From assembly GCA_009914755.4 (NCBI GenBank), contig CP068257.2, forward strand, positions 11,296,001-11,360,000: a DNA stretch of 64,000 nt. The letters run 5' to 3'. Both the position numbers and the translations under genes were made by a program. The notes beneath the pieces were generated by a model, which did no database searches, was not told where the DNA came from, and saw only the letters and a list, made by a program, of their open reading frames with translations. The first letter of the stretch is position 1, and each line of letters starts with the position of its first letter. This stretch comes from the human T2T-CHM13v2.0 reference genome, Homo sapiens. Below, piece by piece: positions 57,701 to 64,000 of the stretch.

Positions 57701-59761
57701 ACTGAGCAAGCAGACTTCAAGATTTGTTAACTTTTTAGAGCTGAAGTTTAGTCCACTATTTTATGTTATCAACCTTTGATTTGCTCTGCTATACCCACCA
57801 ATTTAGAAAAGAATTTACCCAAGATTGTAACATGTAATACAATTAATTTATTTTTTTTTCTCTCCACTTGAAAACAGAAACAGTGGTGATTATGGAGTAT
57901 CTACTGATTATTTTGCTGGGACAAGTTGATGTCACTAAATTTATAAATTGAACTGAACTGATAACCTCAGTTACTTTGCCAAAATTCCTTCTTTTAATAT
58001 TACATAAACTGTAGAATGCAGAAGAGGTACTTTTAATTTCTAATTATTTAAGTAGAGAAAGACTCAACACTTCCTTTTAGGCTCACACATAAAATTTCTG
58101 GTTGATACATCACCAGCGATTGTGTTTCAGCATGTATGTAAATGCAGCTTTCTGAATAGGCAAACTTACAGGAATTATGGAATATCATTGTATTTACATA
58201 CAGCAGTATCTCAGACATCACTCCAAAAACTAAAGGGCAATGAGGAAATATTTCCAAAAGCCATATTACAGTGCTTTGGGGGAGGTGAAAGAGAGAATGC
58301 TGCAATATGTTTTCTTGTTTGACTGACTCAAGCTACATTCTAGGAGATATTTTAAAAAGTGAATAAAATCTCTGTGTCATAGTCAAAAGATGTAAGGCAA
58401 ACCACAATTATCCAAGGAAATCTGAAATGAATATTACTAAATACAACCTTCTGGATTTGGTTTTACTTACCATGTTGACTATGTCTGCTTATGGTTTTCT
58501 TACTTATGCCTACCTACACCATCTTTTAATTAAATGTGCCGATAAAATTTCTAAGTGCAGAATTTCCTTTGCTTGACACAAACACTTTGTTCTACTGTGA
58601 ATCAACTGCTGGGGCTTTCTATTGTATGGATTTCTACAAAAGGATGTGCTGTAACTCAAGTATAAGCAGATGGTTCTTTCATTGTTGTAAATCAAATTGG
58701 TATAACCTGTGACTGGGTTCGATGTGGCCCCAGTTTCCTGAGGCCTGTGAAAATTGCTAGGTAGCTCATTTTCATTTTTTCTTATCACCTTAACTGGAGT
58801 TGGAGGCCCTTGCAAGTCCAGGACAATGACGTCTTAGGCAACCTCAGTTGTCTAGTGTGACTTAATAAGCCTGATGTATGTAGTAGAACCAATCTTTTCT
58901 TTTATATATAATGCCATTTTAAGTGATGTGAACCTTATTCTCTAGGTTACAGGTATTGGATTACTTTAGTTCTTTATTATAATAAGCAAGGTGTTAATTT
59001 TTTGTTGTTGTTGTTGTTTGAGACAGAGGCTCGCTCTGTCGCCCAGGCTGGAGTGCAGTGGCGTGATCTTGGCTCACTACAAGCTCCACCACCCGGGTTC
59101 ACGCCATTCTCCTGCCTCAACCTCCTGAGTAGCTGGGATTACAGGCACCTGCCACCATGCCCGGCTAATTTTTTGTATTTTCAGTGGAGACAGGGTTTCA
59201 CCCTGTTACCCAGGATGATCTAGATCTCCTGATCTCATGATCCGCCCGCCTCAGCCTCCCAAAGTGCTGGGATTATAGGCGTGAGCCACCGCGCCCTACC
59301 CGCTAATTTGATTTTTTAACTCCTAAATTCTACCACTTTCCTTACTCGCTTTCTAATGAAAATTGATGGAGAAAATAAACTGAAAATATCACAATTCTAA
59401 ACATTCCACTATTTTGAGATTCTAAAATTATTGGCTTTTGATGTTCACTGATTCATGTCGGATTTTTAGTAGCATAATCAAACCTTTTTTTGGCAATGGT
59501 ATAGAGTGCAAAATGCAAAGCCATTTGCCATGGTGTAGATGCTCACAGTATGCCCCTGCATCTAAAGAGATACTATTCTCCAACATAAATCAGACATATA
59601 GAAAATACTTACAGCACAGAAAATATGAACTATGGCATAGAAATACATTAAATTAGCTAAATGACATCCCTAATAAAAATCTGAATCTGGCCGGGCACGG
59701 TGGCTCACGCCTGTAATCTCAGCACTTTGGGAGGCCGAGGCAGGCAGTTCACCTGAGGTTA

Positions 59762-59956
<195 letters not shown>

Positions 59957-62900
59957 TCAAAAAAAAAAAAAAAAAGAATCTACTCTAAAACTGGGAATTT
60001 TATGTTTAAGTAGATTCACTTAATTTTTTCCTATAATCTCCTGAGACAAGTAAATGTTTTCAACAGTTGCGCTTAACAAACTGAAGAACTGGAAGGAGAA
60101 ACAACATTATTAATAATTACTTCCAGAGTGGGGTGTGGCTCACATCTGTAATCCCAGCACTTTGGGAGGCCGAGGTGGGCTCATCACGAGGTTAAGAGAT
60201 CGAGACCATCCTGGCTAACACGGTGAAAACCTGCCTCTACTAAAAATACAAAAAATTAGCCGGGAATGGTGGCGGGCGCCTGTGGTCCCAGCTACTTGGG
60301 AGCCTGAGGCAAGAGAATCGCTTGAGGAAGGCTGGCCAACATGGCTAAACCCCATCTCTACTAAAACTACAAAAATTAGCTGGGCTTGTTGGCGCATGTC
60401 TGTAATCCTAGCTACTCCCCGAGGCTGAGACAAGAGAATCGCTTGATCCCGGGAGGCGGAAGTTACAGCAAGCCGAGATCACGCCACTCCACTCCAGCCT
60501 GCTCTACAGAACAAAACTCTGTCTCTCAAAAAACAAAAAAAAAAAACAAAAACTTCCTACGATGCATGATTAAATTACAAAGTTTTCTATTCTTTTCTTT
60601 TAAAAATAAATATCTTAGCTGCCTGTTTTCATTCTGGCCATCAAAATTGCCTAAATTCTTTGTGGGCAATATCATCAACCCTTGAGGGAAATTCAAGATA
60701 TTCCTAACACAGAAATATTCTTAGCTGAAAAGAGTATGGGATGACAATTTTCAACCTGGCATATATAAAAAGAAGAAAAATGTTGGGTAAATGAACAGCA
60801 AAAGAAAGATGACATTCATATGTCCTATGCAATTCTGAATACTTATTTTATGTAGGTGAATATTTTAATGAAAGACATTTATTGATTCAAAATATTTTTT
60901 AACTTAACGAACTTTGGCAAAACAATGCCCTTCAGTCAGTGACTATATTATCAAGTTTCACCTACCTCTGATCAAGGAAACAAAAATAATAGTAATTCCA
61001 TACTCAGTATGTGTGAGAAAATAAGATGTGTTTAGTTCTAATTATTTTGAGTTATGCCACATAACACATAACAGTATACATTTATTTTGAGTTCATATGT
61101 AGAATTAGACTACTTTTTTAATTTTGGGAACATGGAGAACAATATTATAGGATTATATTAGTAAGGCTGTGGTAAATACTAACATTAAGCTCTCCTTATG
61201 TGACACACACAGTTCCTTCACCAAAATGGGCAAAATTTTAGCTGAAGACTTATAATGAAGCCTAGACATTCATGAAGAAATTAAACAACTTGACCATTAT
61301 TAGAAGATAGTAAATACACGCATGTTCAATACCAGCCTCTTTTTTTCTCACTTTATGTTTTTTGAATGCCATTAGATTTACATATCCTGCTAACATAACA
61401 TAAAAACAAACCTTAAGTTTCAAGAAATTAACAATTCTAGTTACATACTATTTACATGTTTTTCTTATTAACTATTAGTTATTTCAAAACTTACCTTTTA
61501 TGTTTTGAGATAAAAAATATCTAATAGAAAGGTAGTTTTTTGAGAAGAATGCCTTTTTTATTATTTTTATTTTTATTTCTTTATTTTTTTTTTGAGACAA
61601 CATCTTGCTCTGTCACCCAGGCTGGAGTGCATTGGCGTGATGTTGACTCACTGCAAACTCTGCCTCCCAGGTTCAGGTGATTCTCCTGCTTCATCCTCCT
61701 GAGCAGGTGGGATTAGAGTAGCATGCCACCACACCTGGCTAATTTTTGTATTTTTAGTAAACATGGAGTTTTACCATGTTGGCTAGGCTGGTCTTGAACT
61801 CCTGACCTCAAGTGATCCATCCTCCTCAGCCTCCTAAAGTACTGGGATTACAGGCATGAGCTACCTCTTTTTAAATTATTTTTAAAGGATACTTTAGTTT
61901 TCCTAGTAATCCATGTGAATGTATTCTCTATGAACTATAGTGTGTGTGTTTACTTTTTATATATAGAATACTACTGAGGAGCAAGCTGTTTCTGTAAATG
62001 AAATGGGACTGAACCTCTACCGTGGTTGTGTTCTACATGTTACAGAGACCTGGACAGAGACAGTATGATTATCTCATGAACATCACATAATCTCCTGTCA
62101 CAGTCCCAAGATAAAACATTTCCTTAAAATCAAGACTTGCTTTAATAAGCACCACATTTATTACAATAATACCTTCCCACTATAATCAATATGGATATAA
62201 ACAGCCTTTGTTCTATTTTTCTCATACTTGGAAGACTTTTGCTTTCATTCCATGAAAATCTTGTATTTCTCCTCAATTATTCTAATTAGAAAAATAGTGC
62301 TGGGGGAGAAAAAATAAAACAGCACAGAAAGGAAAGGGGCTCCTGCAATGCACTGTTTAGACAGATAAGGTAGCCTGGCCAGGAGATGGTCAGGTAGGGA
62401 CTGCCTTCTTCTCTCTGGTGGTGAGAATTGAGAATTGCTGAGAGGTGTGCAAGTGGAGCTGATTGAGCCTGAGCACAGTCCAGCTTTCTTCCATGTTCTC
62501 TACATAAAATAATCAATAATCTTCAGCATTAAGACCTCATGATCTCATGTTTTGAGAAGGAGAGTTGAGAAACACCTACTAGTCTTGTGATAGGTTGAGT
62601 ACTTTAAAGAGTTTTGGGCCAGGTGCGGTGACTCACGCCTGTAATCCCAGCACTTTGGGAGGCTGAGGCACGTGGATCACGAGGTCAGGAGATCGAGTCC
62701 ATCCTGGCCAACACGGTGAAACCCCATCTCTACTAAAAATACAAAAAGTTAGCCGAGCATGGTGGCACACACCTGTAATCTCAGCTACTCAGGAGGCTGA
62801 GGCAAGAAAATCCCTTGATCTGGGGAGGTGGAAATTGCATGAGCTGAGATTGCACCACTGCACTCCAGCCTGGGTGACAGAGTTAGACTCCATCTCAAAA

Positions 62901-64000
62901 AAAAAAAAAAAGAATTTTGAAGCTTCTTAATTCCATTTATTTAAGACATTATTCTCATTGGGATTACGGGGGAATCCCTGAATTTTGGTAAAAACAAATC
63001 CAAGTCACAAAATCAGAAAAAAAAAGGGAAGATATAGGATGATGCGTTTCATTCTTCATATGAATATGCATTTTACAAATATATAACTAAGACCAATTTT
63101 GGATTTATTTCCAGGCTTGGAGATAACTTATGGAAACTTTTAACATTAAAGTTAAATTTGCAATTCAGAATTAATCCATACATTATTTCACTGTTTTCTT
63201 GTTAATATTAAATGCTGCTGACTCAGTAAAGTTTATTATTTGAATATAACAAGAATGTGTGAATTGTAAATGCCATGCTAAAGTCTGGAACATTTCTACA
63301 AAATTCAGTTTAGCAAATATTTGTTAAGACTTCAGTCAAAGCCTTTTACAACTGCACTGCTCTAGGTTTTGAGGACTCAAAATAATCTCTGCTCACAAAC
63401 CAGACATGCAGACAAATAAGGTTCTATGTATTAAGGTCAATAATAGAATTTTGCTGAAGACAAAATATTATCGCAGACACAAAAAAATTAGCCAGACATG
63501 GTGGCAGGTGCCTGTAATCCAAGCTACTCAGGAGGCTAAGGAAGGAGAATAGCTTGAACCCAGGAGGCAGAGGTTGCAGTGAGCCAAGATCACATCACTG
63601 CACTCATCTTGGGCAACAGAGTGAGACTTCATCTCAAAAAAAAAAAAAATCTTGATTCCTTTATCCCCTGTGCTTCACAGCATTCAGAGTCTTCCATATT
63701 TTCTGGGAGTTTCTTGGTTAGTTGGGCTTGGCCTCTCCTCACTTACTGTTGGAGCCTGCCCTCTTCTCTGTGCTCCAGAGCAGATCATGTTTTCTCTACT
63801 CAGTTCCCTCTAGTGAGGAGACTCATTCCACTTTCACCCCCACCTTAGCACCAAGCACCATTAATTCAAGACCACTATGTGGAGGAGATAAGGGAGAATT
63901 ACATCCCACGAAGAGCAGCAAAATGCATAAACATGCATATATATACACACATATGCATGTATATGCACATATACACACATATACATATATATGCATATAT

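Overview
This window is the junction between a human/great-ape centromeric alpha-satellite array and ordinary arm sequence. It is not prokaryotic, and I see no operon-like or novel gene system; the ORF-track entries over the satellite are translation artefacts of the 171-bp repeat.

Layout from left to right:

- 1-9270: homogeneous higher-order-repeat (HOR) alpha satellite, one strand orientation throughout. The basic period is 1870 bp (an 11-mer), with three almost identical copies at 2237-7675. The third copy is a 1699-bp 10-mer deletion variant. A 7.3-kb super-period is superimposed: the block at 575-1960 recurs at 7881-9270. CENP-B boxes sit in roughly every second monomer.
- 9271-11820: an abruptly more diverged copy of the same monomer order.
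- 11821-45422: about 34 kb of monomeric alpha satellite, still in the same orientation. It falls into at least three sequence families with fairly sharp switches near 27900 and 31100. There is a 340-bp dimeric periodicity at 31100-41000, and an island of the first family at about 41050-44650 inside the third.
- 45423-47908: a 5'-truncated young L1 (L1PA/L1HS-like ORF2 plus 3'UTR, minus strand). Its poly-A abuts the last satellite monomer directly, and no alpha satellite occurs to its right.
- 47909-64000: AT-rich arm sequence carrying 15 Alu copies or fragments and several microsatellites: (TTTA)n, (GAAA)n, (GT)n, (GTT)n and a CA/TA-rich tract. The Alus include a tandem cluster of four in the same orientation, one with a clean target-site duplication, and one composite copy.

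I could not identify any cellular protein-coding exon from sequence alone.

Most noteworthy:

- the internal 7+4 architecture of the 11-mer HOR and its unequal-crossover variants;
- the layered age structure of the satellite approaching the arm;
- the abrupt satellite/arm boundary formed by an L1 with no recognisable target-site duplication.
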